From Planctomycetota bacterium (GTDB taxonomy: Bacteria > Planctomycetota > GCA-002687715 > CAIWVZ01), in NCBI GenBank assembly GCA_017853435.1, contig JAFMJN010000001.1:2603-66602 (forward strand): 64,000 bases of DNA. The letters run 5' to 3'. This document shows, in pieces, positions 22,959-30,982 of the stretch. Made by a program: the position numbers and the translations under genes. The notes below the pieces were generated by a model. The model did not search any database and was not told the origin of the DNA. It saw only the letters and a program-made list of their open reading frames with translations. Each line of letters opens with the position of its first letter. Positions within the stretch are counted from its first letter, which is position 1.

Positions 22959-23564
22959 TCAGGCAGCACCCTTCTTGGTTTTCGCAGTCATCGCTTTGAC
23001 GACCTCTTCGGCCGCCTTGCGGTGATCGTCGTCGGACGCCGACTTCTTCACGACTTCGCGGGTGATCGCGATCGCGAGATCGACGGCGACTTCCTTGATG
23101 TCCGCCAACGCCTTCTCGCGGGCCGCTTCGATGTCGGCTTCCGCGCGAGCGCGTGCGGCTTCGGCATCGGCCTTCGCACGTGCGGCGATTTCCGCCGCGA
23201 CGCGTTCGGCCGAAGCTCGGGCCTGTTCGACCGTCTCACGTGCCTTGAGGGCGGCGGCGTCCAACTCCGCGGCGAGTTTCCTCGCGGCGGCTTCGGCATC
23301 GGCGCGGGCCTTCTCGGCACTCGCAAGATCACCTTCGAGCTTGTGTTCGCGCGCCTCGACGGCGGCGACGATCGGCTTCCAGGCGAACTTCGTGAGGAGG
23401 AAGAGCAGGATCAGGAACGTCACGCCGCTCCAAACGGCGAGTCCGGGGCTGACTTCGAGCGGATTGAAGCCCTGACCGCCTTCCGGGCCGCCGACGGCCG
23501 AAGCCGCGGAACCCGCATCGATCAAGGCGCCCGCGAAGGAAGCGCCGAGCATGGTGAACGTCAT
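22959..23564 (-). CDS. atpF: Fo ATP synthase b subunit.
   Basis: N-terminal TM helix (VWSGVTFLILLFLLTKFAW) followed by a long Ala/Glu/Arg-rich helix. Operon position. Confidence 0.75.
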   Translation of the reverse strand: MTFTMLGASFAGALIDAGSAASAVGGPEGGQGFNPLEVSPGLAVWSGVTFLILLFLLTKFAWKPIVAAVEAREHKLEGDLASAEKARADAEAAARKLAAELDAAALKARETVEQARASAERVAAEIAARAKADAEAARARAEADIEAAREKALADIKEVAVDLAIAITREVVKKSASDDDHRKAAEEVVKAMTAKTKKGAA

Positions 23565-23581
23565 GTGCCCGTCTCCGTTGC

Positions 23582-23603
23582 GGCGTCTCCGTCGGGAGAC
23601 GCC
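23582..23603 (-). promoter_or_regulatory. Stable hairpin in the atpE-atpF intergenic region (possible attenuator or mRNA-stability element).
   Basis: ggcgtctcc-gtcg-ggagacgcc is a perfect 9-bp stem with a 4-nt loop, located between the atpE stop (23611) and the atpF start (23564). Confidence 0.35.
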
Positions 23604-23610
23604 GGTAGGG

Positions 23611-23829
23611 TCAGTTCTTGGCCGCGCCCTGGCAGACGACGAGCGCGAAGAAGGTGAAACCTTCGATGAGCGCCGCCGCGATGATCATCGTCGTGCGGAT
23701 GTCGCCGGCCTTCTCGGGCTGACGCGCGATGGATTCGACCGACGCCTGCGCGAGACGGCCGATGGCGAACGCCGCACCGAGAGTCACGAGGCCGGCACCG
23801 AGGGCTGCGAGAGGGATAAGAGTCATCAT
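23611..23829 (-). CDS. atpE: Fo ATP synthase c subunit (proteolipid).
   Basis: 72-aa two-helix hairpin with GAAFAIGRLAQASVESIARQPE...IEGFTFFALVV. Confidence 0.8.
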   Translation of the reverse strand: MMTLIPLAALGAGLVTLGAAFAIGRLAQASVESIARQPEKAGDIRTTMIIAAALIEGFTFFALVVCQGAAKN

Positions 23830-23863
23830 GGTAGCTCCAAAGGAGGGGAAAAACCCCGGGTTA

Positions 23864-24676
23864 TCAGTGTTCCGGATGAACCGTGCCGCTCACGAAGAGC
23901 GACGCGAGTAGGGTGAAGACGTAGGCCTGCAGGAAGCAGACCAGAAGTTCGAGGACGTTGACGAAGAGGGCGAGCAGCACCGACGGCGCCGCGACCCAGT
24001 AGGCCTTCGCCACGAAGATGAGACCGAGGAATGCGCCCACGACGAGGTGGCCCGCGATCATGTTGGCGAACAAACGGATGGCCAACACGCCGTGCTTGAT
24101 GAAGAACCCGACCACTTCGAGGACGAAGAGGAGCGGGACGAGCCAACCCGGGAGCCCCGGCGGGATGAAGGCGTGGATGAAGCCTCCGATCCCGTTTTCC
24201 CGAATGCCGCCGAAGATCGACACGAGGAGCACCGACACCGCGAGCATCCCGGTCATGCCGAGATTGGACGTGGCGGTCCCGCCGATCATCGGAATCGGAA
24301 CCATCCCGAGAAGGTTGGTGACGAAGATGAAGGAGAACAGCGTGCAGAAGAACGGGAGGTACTTGTCGCCGTGGTGGCCCATGCCCGGGCGCACGAATTC
24401 GTCGCGGATGAAGACGACGAGCGATTCACCGGCGTTTTGCAGGACGCCGCGCGGGATCATCGACCCGGCGGGACGACGCCCGGCCACGTAGGCGAGGGCG
24501 AAAACGACCAGCCCCGACAAGACCGCCATGATGGAGAAGTTCGTGACCGGGATCGCCCAAGAGAGCCCCGGGATCGTGATCTTCGCCCACGGAGTGTGGA
24601 TGTTGTCGAGGCAGTGGTGGCGAATCCACTCCAAGGGATCGGAGATGTCGCCGGAGAGCAGGAACGGTTGGACCAT
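23864..24676 (-). CDS. atpB: Fo ATP synthase a subunit.
   Basis: RLFANMIAGHLV and LQAYVFTLLASLF signatures. The ATG at 24676 is preferred over the ORF-track start at 24733. Confidence 0.85.
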   Translation of the reverse strand: MVQPFLLSGDISDPLEWIRHHCLDNIHTPWAKITIPGLSWAIPVTNFSIMAVLSGLVVFALAYVAGRRPAGSMIPRGVLQNAGESLVVFIRDEFVRPGMGHHGDKYLPFFCTLFSFIFVTNLLGMVPIPMIGGTATSNLGMTGMLAVSVLLVSIFGGIRENGIGGFIHAFIPPGLPGWLVPLLFVLEVVGFFIKHGVLAIRLFANMIAGHLVVGAFLGLIFVAKAYWVAAPSVLLALFVNVLELLVCFLQAYVFTLLASLFVSGTVHPEH

Positions 24677-24695
24677 CGCTGAGACTGTCTCTCGC

Positions 24696-25109
24696 TCAAC
24701 CACCACCCGCCTTCGGGCCCGCGTCACCGGCACGCGCCGGGACCGCCAGAAGGCATGCCACGCACAAGTGCGCCTGTCCCACCACGCCGAGCGCCAAGGC
24801 CCAGACGAACGGTTCCGACGGCACCACCCGGGTCACGGCGACCGCCCCCCACGCCGTGAGGAGGATCATCGATTTCACCGCGATCGAGACTCCCCACACA
24901 CGGAGGAAATTCTCGGGATCGCGCGAAAGCCCTCCGAAGAGGACCGCGTGGGAAGCGGCACCCGCAACCCCCGCGACGACCGAACCCGCAAGCAAGGCCA
25001 CCCCGCCGCCGACGACGTCGGCACCCGGCACCCAAAGCACCGCCACTCCGTAGGCTACGAGAGTCGCGGCGACCCAGGCGACGGCATAGACGACACGGGA
25101 GGAGGTCAC
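24696..25109 (-). CDS. atpI: ATP synthase protein I (AtpI-like small hydrophobic protein).
   Basis: About 137 aa with four hydrophobic segments directly upstream of atpB. GTG at 25109 overlaps the stop of the upstream small ORF (GTGA). The ORF-track start at 25217 would overlap the upstream gene. Confidence 0.45.
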   Translation of the reverse strand: MTSSRVVYAVAWVAATLVAYGVAVLWVPGADVVGGGVALLAGSVVAGVAGAASHAVLFGGLSRDPENFLRVWGVSIAVKSMILLTAWGAVAVTRVVPSEPFVWALALGVVGQAHLCVACLLAVPARAGDAGPKAGGG

Positions 25110-25390
25110 CGCGGTTCTCCGTCCGACCGCTCGATGGCGGCCGACGTCCGGAGCAGATCCCACGTCCCGATCGCTATTCCGAGAAGAGACCCCACGAGCT
25201 TCCCCCACGGCTCCCATCCGCGACGCGCGTCGAGGAGGTCACCGAGCCACCACCCCGCGGCGACCAAGACCGCGAAGGTCAAGCCGCATCCGAGGTAGCG
25301 CAGCCCCTTGAAGGAGCCCGAGGAGCGCGATCCGTCTCCCATACCTGCTTGCCCGGAGGAATCCGTCGAAAAATGCCCTTGACAAGACAT
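25106..25390 (-). CDS. AtpZ/ATPase_gene1-like small membrane protein at the head of the atp operon. The start is ambiguous (ATG at 25390 or 25342).
   Basis: GLRYLGCGLTFAVLVAAGWWLGDLLD...WGKLVGSLLGIAIGTWDLL is a two-TM motif resembling ATP-synthase gene-1 proteins. First gene of the atp cluster. Confidence 0.45.
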   Translation of the reverse strand: MSCQGHFSTDSSGQAGMGDGSRSSGSFKGLRYLGCGLTFAVLVAAGWWLGDLLDARRGWEPWGKLVGSLLGIAIGTWDLLRTSAAIERSDGEPR

Positions 25391-25621
25391 TCCCCGAGCA
25401 TTCCACCCGAAAGGCTCGGCACGTTATCCACGCTCACGGCGGCGTACAACCCTCCGCCGAAGAAATCGGAGCACTCCGCGAAACCCCGGAAAAACCGTCG
25501 CCCTCGCGCCCGATTCGCGGGTTGCCTCCGCACCCGCCCCGCGCTAGATGGAGACGCGCCGGAATCGCGGCCGTCCCGCGCAACGCAAACGCAGGCCGCC
25601 CCGGAAACGGGTTCGAGAACC

Positions 25622-26089
25622 ATGGAAACCACTCTCATCATCGTCAAGCCCGACGGCGTGCAACGCGGGCTCATCGGTCGCATCGTCTCCCGCTTCGAGG
25701 ACAAGGGCCTTCAGATCACGGGCATGAAGCTCACGAAGATCCCGATGTCCCTCGCGGAAACCCACTACGAGGCCCACAAGGCCAAGAAGTTCTACCCCGG
25801 CCTCGTGCGCTTCATGACGTCGTCGCCCGTCGTCGTGTTGGCGGTGCGCGGCATCAACGCGATCGCCATCTGCCGCAAGATGATGGGCGCCACGTTCGGC
25901 TCGAACGCCGAACCGGGCACGATCCGCGGCGATTTCGGCGTGTCGAACTCGTTCAACCTGATCCACGGCTCGGATTCCCCCGAGGCCGCGAAGCGCGAAC
26001 TCGAACTGTTCTTCGCGCCGGGCGAAGTCCTCGCGTGGGACTGGTGCTCGATCGGCTGGACGTACGACGCCGCCGAAGAGAAGTTCTGA
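25622..26089 (+). CDS. ndk: Nucleoside diphosphate kinase.
   Basis: METTLIIVKPDGVQRGLIGRIVSRFE...NLIHGSDSPEAAKRE. ATG at 25622. The ORF-track start at 25349 is an upstream in-frame extension. Confidence 0.9.
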   Translation: METTLIIVKPDGVQRGLIGRIVSRFEDKGLQITGMKLTKIPMSLAETHYEAHKAKKFYPGLVRFMTSSPVVVLAVRGINAIAICRKMMGATFGSNAEPGTIRGDFGVSNSFNLIHGSDSPEAAKRELELFFAPGEVLAWDWCSIGWTYDAAEEKF

Positions 26090-26105
26090 CCGACGCCCCG
26101 CGCCC

Positions 26106-27605
26106 GTGCTGACTCCATCCGAACTCTGCCTCGTCGCCGCGGAGTTGAACGGAACGTGCGCGGGCGCGAAGGTGCGCAAGGTCGGGCAACCGACCGACAC
26201 CGCGATCGTCCTCCGCCTTTCGAGGGAGGGAGACGATCGCGGTCTTCTTTTGTCCGCATCGAGAAGGTTCCCGCGCGCCCATCTCGTCGCGACTCCCCCG
26301 CCGAATCCCCGGACGCCGCCGCCCTTCTGCGTCGAACTCCGCGCGCGCCTCGAAGGTTCGCGACTGGTTTCGGTGGAAACGCTCCCGAGGGACCGCGTCC
26401 TCGTCGCGACGTTCGACGCGCGCGACGACTCCGGCGCCCCGCGCCGCCTCCACCTCCGCGGGCACTTCTTCGGATCGAAGCCGGATCTCCTCCTCGTCGA
26501 CGCCGACCACACCGTGATCGCGTCGATTCTCGGAGCGGAGAGCCGCTTCTCCCGCGGAACGAAAGTCCCGTCCGGGCCGCCGCCCGCGCGCGACCCCGGA
26601 TCGGACGTGCCGTTTTCGGGTTTCGGCGAAGATTTTTCGCCGCGTTCGTTCGAAAACGGCGATCTTTCCGCCGCGCTCGAAGCGTGGTTCGCTCCGCGCG
26701 AATCGGACGCCGAATCCGCCGAACTCCGCTCCGAATGCGCCAAGGACCTGCGGGAGTCCCGCAAGAAGCAGGAGAAGATCCTCGAAGGGCTCGCGAAGGA
26801 TCTCGCGGCCCTCGACGCGATCCCGACGCTGCGCCGCGAAGGCGAACTGCTCAAGTCGGTGGTTCACTCGATCAAACGTGGACAAAAGTCCATCAAGGTG
26901 ACGGACTGGGAAACCGGCGCGCCGGTGGAGATCGCCCTCGACCCCTCCAAGACCCCGCGTGAAGAGGTGTCGGCCCGATTCGACGAGATGCACCGACTCG
27001 AAAGAAGCGGCGAGGCGGTGGCCGCACGACGCGGAATCGTCGAAGAGCGGATCGCGGCGATCGACGCGGCGGCCCGGACTTTGGAGGCGGCCGTCGACGC
27101 CGACGCGATCGCCGAATGGCGACGCGTCGCCGAAGAACGCGGCATTCTGCGGAAGAAGCCCGCGCCGCCTCCGCCCGAATCGTCGAAACGCAAGGAAACG
27201 CCCGAACCGAGAAAGCCGCACCACGTGTTCCTATCGAAGGACGGGCTGGAAATCCTCGTCGGGCGGACGGCCTCCGACAACGACGTCCTCACGTTCAAGG
27301 TCGCCGCGGGCAACGATTGGTGGCTCCACGTGCGCGACTACCCGGGGTCGCACGTGGTGATCCGCGACACCGGGGCCGATATCCCCGAACAAACCCTGCT
27401 CGACGCCGCCGCCCTCGCGGTCCACTTCTCGAAGGCCGACGCCGCATCGAAGCACGACGTGTCGTGGACCCGGCGCAAATTCGTGTCGAAGTCGAAGGGC
27501 GCACCCGCCGGGCAGGTGCTCCTCTCCACCCACAAGACGCTGCGACTGCGCCCCGAACCGGAACGCCTCGCCCGACTCCTCAACCACGACATCCCGAAGC
27601 GGTAA
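26106..27605 (+). CDS. NFACT-family protein (RqcH / fibronectin-binding protein A-like), short 499-aa form.
   Basis: HVFLSKDGLEILVGRTASDNDVLTFKVAAGNDWWLHVRDYPGSHVVIR matches the NFACT-R/DUF814 RNA-binding domain. NFACT-N-like N-terminus. GTG start. Confidence 0.6.
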   Translation: MLTPSELCLVAAELNGTCAGAKVRKVGQPTDTAIVLRLSREGDDRGLLLSASRRFPRAHLVATPPPNPRTPPPFCVELRARLEGSRLVSVETLPRDRVLVATFDARDDSGAPRRLHLRGHFFGSKPDLLLVDADHTVIASILGAESRFSRGTKVPSGPPPARDPGSDVPFSGFGEDFSPRSFENGDLSAALEAWFAPRESDAESAELRSECAKDLRESRKKQEKILEGLAKDLAALDAIPTLRREGELLKSVVHSIKRGQKSIKVTDWETGAPVEIALDPSKTPREEVSARFDEMHRLERSGEAVAARRGIVEERIAAIDAAARTLEAAVDADAIAEWRRVAEERGILRKKPAPPPPESSKRKETPEPRKPHHVFLSKDGLEILVGRTASDNDVLTFKVAAGNDWWLHVRDYPGSHVVIRDTGADIPEQTLLDAAALAVHFSKADAASKHDVSWTRRKFVSKSKGAPAGQVLLSTHKTLRLRPEPERLARLLNHDIPKR

Positions 27606-27648
27606 GATCGCGCGGCGCCGGGCCCCTCCTCCGGCGACGGATCCCCCC

Positions 27649-28767
27649 ATGAACGCCCGCAACGCCCTCTCGGCCCTCGGCCTCCTGCTCACGATCGGCT
27701 GCGCCCTTCTTCCGGAAGACGACCCGCGCGCCGACAAGGACACCCGCATGTTCGATGCGGCGTACTACAAGCAGAACGCCGCCGAGTACTTCCAAGGCCG
27801 CCAGTACCCGCGTGCCCGCGAACAATTCGTGAAGTACCTCGAACTCGAACCCGATTCGTGGACGGGACGCCTCGGCCTCGCCTTCACGGACTACTACATC
27901 GCGCGCGACTTCGTCGTCAGCCGAGGCGATCTCGCCGCGGCGCGCGAGCGCACCGAACTCGCCGAAAAATCGTTCCGCGAACTTTGGGACGGCACGATCG
28001 AAGGCTCGACGGAAACGGCCGACCCGCGGCGCCCCCAGTGGAAGGCGGCCCTCGGCGTCGCGATGTCGGTCCGACAACTCGGCGTGCTCGATGGGCTCGA
28101 AGCGGATCGATGGGAAGCCGAAGCCCGGAAGGGCGGCAAGAGCGCCGAAGAAGCCTTGAAGCGCGGCGTCGACGCCGAAGCCCGCCGCGACAAGCGCTAC
28201 CGCGAAGCGGTGGCCATCTACGAAAAACTCGTCGCGCAGGAAGCCGCATCGGCTCAGTCCATTTCGGATCTCGCCGAACTCCACGTCGTGCTCAAGCAGG
28301 ATGCGAAAGCGGAGGCGCTCTACCTCCGCTGGCTCGACGCGGCGAAGCGCACGCGCGAAGGGCTGACGAGCCGCAAGACCGAAGCCGCGTCGATTTCCGA
28401 TCGCGAAGCGAAGACGCTTTCGATGAAGTTCCTCGACGAAAAACTCGAAAGCAACGCCGAAAAGCAAGCCGACGTTCTCTCCGACCTCGCGGGTCTCGCG
28501 TGGGCGCGCGGCGAATGGCAACGCGGCCGGGCATGGATCGAACAAGCCGTCGAGACGGCCCCGCGTCGCACCGAGTTCCTGCTCAAACTGGCGCAGTTCG
28601 AAGACAAGTTGATGATGTACGAAACCGGGATCACGCACATCGACGCGTATCTGAAGGACCGTACCGCGCGCAATCTCGAATTCGACGACGCGGCCGCCGA
28701 AGCGCTTCGACTCCGCAAGCGGATGCAGGCGGAGATCGATCGCCGTCCGAAGCCGCGCGGCGGCTGA
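27649..28767 (+). CDS. Lipoprotein with TPR-like helical repeats.
   Basis: Signal peptide with lipobox (LGLLLTIGC). Remainder Ala/Glu/Arg-rich helical repeats. Confidence 0.5.
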   Translation: MNARNALSALGLLLTIGCALLPEDDPRADKDTRMFDAAYYKQNAAEYFQGRQYPRAREQFVKYLELEPDSWTGRLGLAFTDYYIARDFVVSRGDLAAARERTELAEKSFRELWDGTIEGSTETADPRRPQWKAALGVAMSVRQLGVLDGLEADRWEAEARKGGKSAEEALKRGVDAEARRDKRYREAVAIYEKLVAQEAASAQSISDLAELHVVLKQDAKAEALYLRWLDAAKRTREGLTSRKTEAASISDREAKTLSMKFLDEKLESNAEKQADVLSDLAGLAWARGEWQRGRAWIEQAVETAPRRTEFLLKLAQFEDKLMMYETGITHIDAYLKDRTARNLEFDDAAAEALRLRKRMQAEIDRRPKPRGG

Positions 28768-28846
28768 ACGCGCTCGAGCGACGGGTCGTGAAAAAGGGCG
28801 TGTCTCCCGGCGGGAAACACGCCCTTTCTTCTCGGCGGTCCGACGA

Positions 28847-30331
28847 TCAGGTGTCGATCTGCGCGCGCTGCAGACGTCCGGAGTGGTCGACGTACACCGA
28901 CTTCCACTCGGAATAGAACTCGTACACCTGAAGCCCCGCCTCGCGGTGACCGTTTCCGGTGCCCTTCACGCCGCCGAAAGGAAGTTGCACTTCGGCGCCG
29001 ATCGTGGGGCCGTTCACGTAGGTGATGCCCGCTTCGAGATCGCGGATCGCCGTGAACGCGCGATTGACGTCGCGCGTGTAGATGGACGAAGAAAGACCGT
29101 AGTCGACTTCGTTGTGGATCGACACCGCCTCTTCGAACGAGTCGACGACGAGGATCGCGACCACGGGTCCGAAGACTTCTTCGCGGGCGATGCGCATGCC
29201 GCGCGTCACACCGCCGAAGACCGTCGGTTCGAACCACCACCCGTCCGCACATGCGGGATCCGTCGGCACACCGCCGCCGCAGAGGAGTTTCGCACCCTCT
29301 TCCTTGGCGATGCGGACGTAATCGGCGACCCGATCACGCTGCTCGCTCGACACGAGCGGCGCGACGTTGACGCCGTCGTGGAGGCCGTTGCCGATCTTGA
29401 GCGTCCGGACGCGCGCGAGGAACTTCGCGGTGAACGCCTCGGCGATGGATCGATGAAGGATGAGACGCGAGGTGGCCGTGCAACGCTGACCCGTGGTGCC
29501 GAAAGCGCCCCAAAGGGCACCGTCCACGGCGAGGTCGAGATCGCCGTCCTCCATCACGATTTGGGCGTTCTTCCCGCCCATTTCGAGCGAAACCTTGCGG
29601 TTCAAACGGCCGCACGTCTCGCCGATGAGCGATCCGGTCTGCGTGGATCCGGTGAAGGAAACCGCGCGGATTCCGGGGTGCGCTACGAGCGCCGCCCCCG
29701 CTTCTTCGCCGGAACCGCACACCATGTTCACGACGCCCGCGGGCACGCCCGCGTCCATGAGCGCCTTCACGAATTCCGCGGCGCACGCCGGAGTGAGTTC
29801 CGACGGCTTGAGCACCACGGTGTTGCCGCACACGAGCGCGGGGAAGATCTTCCACGACGGGATCGCGACCGGGAAGTTCCACGGCGTCACCATCGCGCAC
29901 GGTCCGACCGGCTGACGGATCGACATGCCGAACTTGTTCGGCAGTTCGCACGGAACGGTTTCGCCGGCGAGGAAGCGGCCCTGAGCCGCGACCAGAAGCG
30001 CCGTGTCGATGGCCTCCTGAACGTCGCCGCGCGTTTCCGTGATGGGCTTGCCCATCTCGCGCGTCATCAGCGTCGCCAACGCTTCCTTGCGTTCCGCGAG
30101 GATGCGCCCCGCCTCGGCGATCATGAGACCGCGCTTCGGAGCGGGGACCAACTTCCACGACGGATACGCGGCGACCGCGGCCTTCACCGCGGCGTCGACG
30201 TCCGCGGCGTCGGAGAGCGGCGCGGAGGACACGGTCTCCCGGGCGGCGGCGGGGTTTTCGCGGGCGAGGGTTCGACCGGTGCGGCTCGCGCACCAAGTCC
30301 CGTTGATGAGATTTTGAACGTGAACGGTCAT
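28847..30331 (-). CDS. NAD(P)+-dependent aldehyde dehydrogenase.
   Basis: VTPWNFPVAIPSWKIFPALVCGNTVVLKPSE, SLEMGGKNAQIV (catalytic Glu) and GQRCTATSRLILH (catalytic Cys). ATG at 30331. Confidence 0.85.
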   Translation of the reverse strand: MTVHVQNLINGTWCASRTGRTLARENPAAARETVSSAPLSDAADVDAAVKAAVAAYPSWKLVPAPKRGLMIAEAGRILAERKEALATLMTREMGKPITETRGDVQEAIDTALLVAAQGRFLAGETVPCELPNKFGMSIRQPVGPCAMVTPWNFPVAIPSWKIFPALVCGNTVVLKPSELTPACAAEFVKALMDAGVPAGVVNMVCGSGEEAGAALVAHPGIRAVSFTGSTQTGSLIGETCGRLNRKVSLEMGGKNAQIVMEDGDLDLAVDGALWGAFGTTGQRCTATSRLILHRSIAEAFTAKFLARVRTLKIGNGLHDGVNVAPLVSSEQRDRVADYVRIAKEEGAKLLCGGGVPTDPACADGWWFEPTVFGGVTRGMRIAREEVFGPVVAILVVDSFEEAVSIHNEVDYGLSSSIYTRDVNRAFTAIRDLEAGITYVNGPTIGAEVQLPFGGVKGTGNGHREAGLQVYEFYSEWKSVYVDHSGRLQRAQIDT

Positions 30332-30382
30332 GGCGGGAGACGTTAGCAAAGCGGTCGCGTTTTCTGATAACGTCGCCCCGAG

Positions 30383-30748
30383 ATGGAAGCCCCCCGTCGC
30401 CTCCGATTCCCGAAAGCGGCCCGACTGCGTACCCCCGAGGAATTTCGGGCGGTTCGCGCGGCGCGGAGGGGCGTTCGCGACCACGTGCTCGACATCGCGT
30501 TCCGCCGCAACGGACTTCCGCTGACGCGTCTCGGGCTCGCGATCACGATCCGGGGCATCGGTGCCGTCCACAGAAACCGGGTGAAGCGCGTGCTCCGAGA
30601 GATCTTCCGGCTGCGTCGGCCCGACCTTCCGATGGGGCTCGATCTCGTCGTCGTCGCCCGCGATCCGGCGGCGGCCGGTGATTTCGCGGTCGCCGCGAAG
30701 TCCTTCGACGCCCTCGTCCGACGCATCGCGGAGGTGGCGGCGCGATGA
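30383..30748 (+). CDS. rnpA: Ribonuclease P protein component.
   Basis: FPKAARLRTPEEFRAVR...RNRVKRVLREIFR. Immediately followed by, and overlapping, yidD. Confidence 0.75.
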   Translation: MEAPRRLRFPKAARLRTPEEFRAVRAARRGVRDHVLDIAFRRNGLPLTRLGLAITIRGIGAVHRNRVKRVLREIFRLRRPDLPMGLDLVVVARDPAAAGDFAVAAKSFDALVRRIAEVAAR

Positions 30749-30981
30749 TCGGGAAGATCCTGATCGGGTGCGTGCGTCTCTATCAATGGACGCTCTCCCC
30801 TCTCCTTCCCGCGTGGTGCCGCTTCCACCCGTCCTGCTCGGCCTACATGGTGGAGGCGATCCGCACCCACGGCCCCGTCGCGGGCACTTGGCTCGGCCTA
30901 AAAAGAATCGGCCGCTGTCGCCCGGGGGGCGGCAGCGGCTTCGATCTCGTTCCGCCGAAGGATCCGGCGGAACCGCGTTAG
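30745..30981 (+). CDS. yidD: Membrane protein insertion efficiency factor YidD.
   Basis: LIGCVRLYQWTLSPLLPAWCRFHPSCSAYMVEAIRTHG. Confidence 0.8.
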   Translation: MIGKILIGCVRLYQWTLSPLLPAWCRFHPSCSAYMVEAIRTHGPVAGTWLGLKRIGRCRPGGGSGFDLVPPKDPAEPR

Positions 30982-30982
30982 A

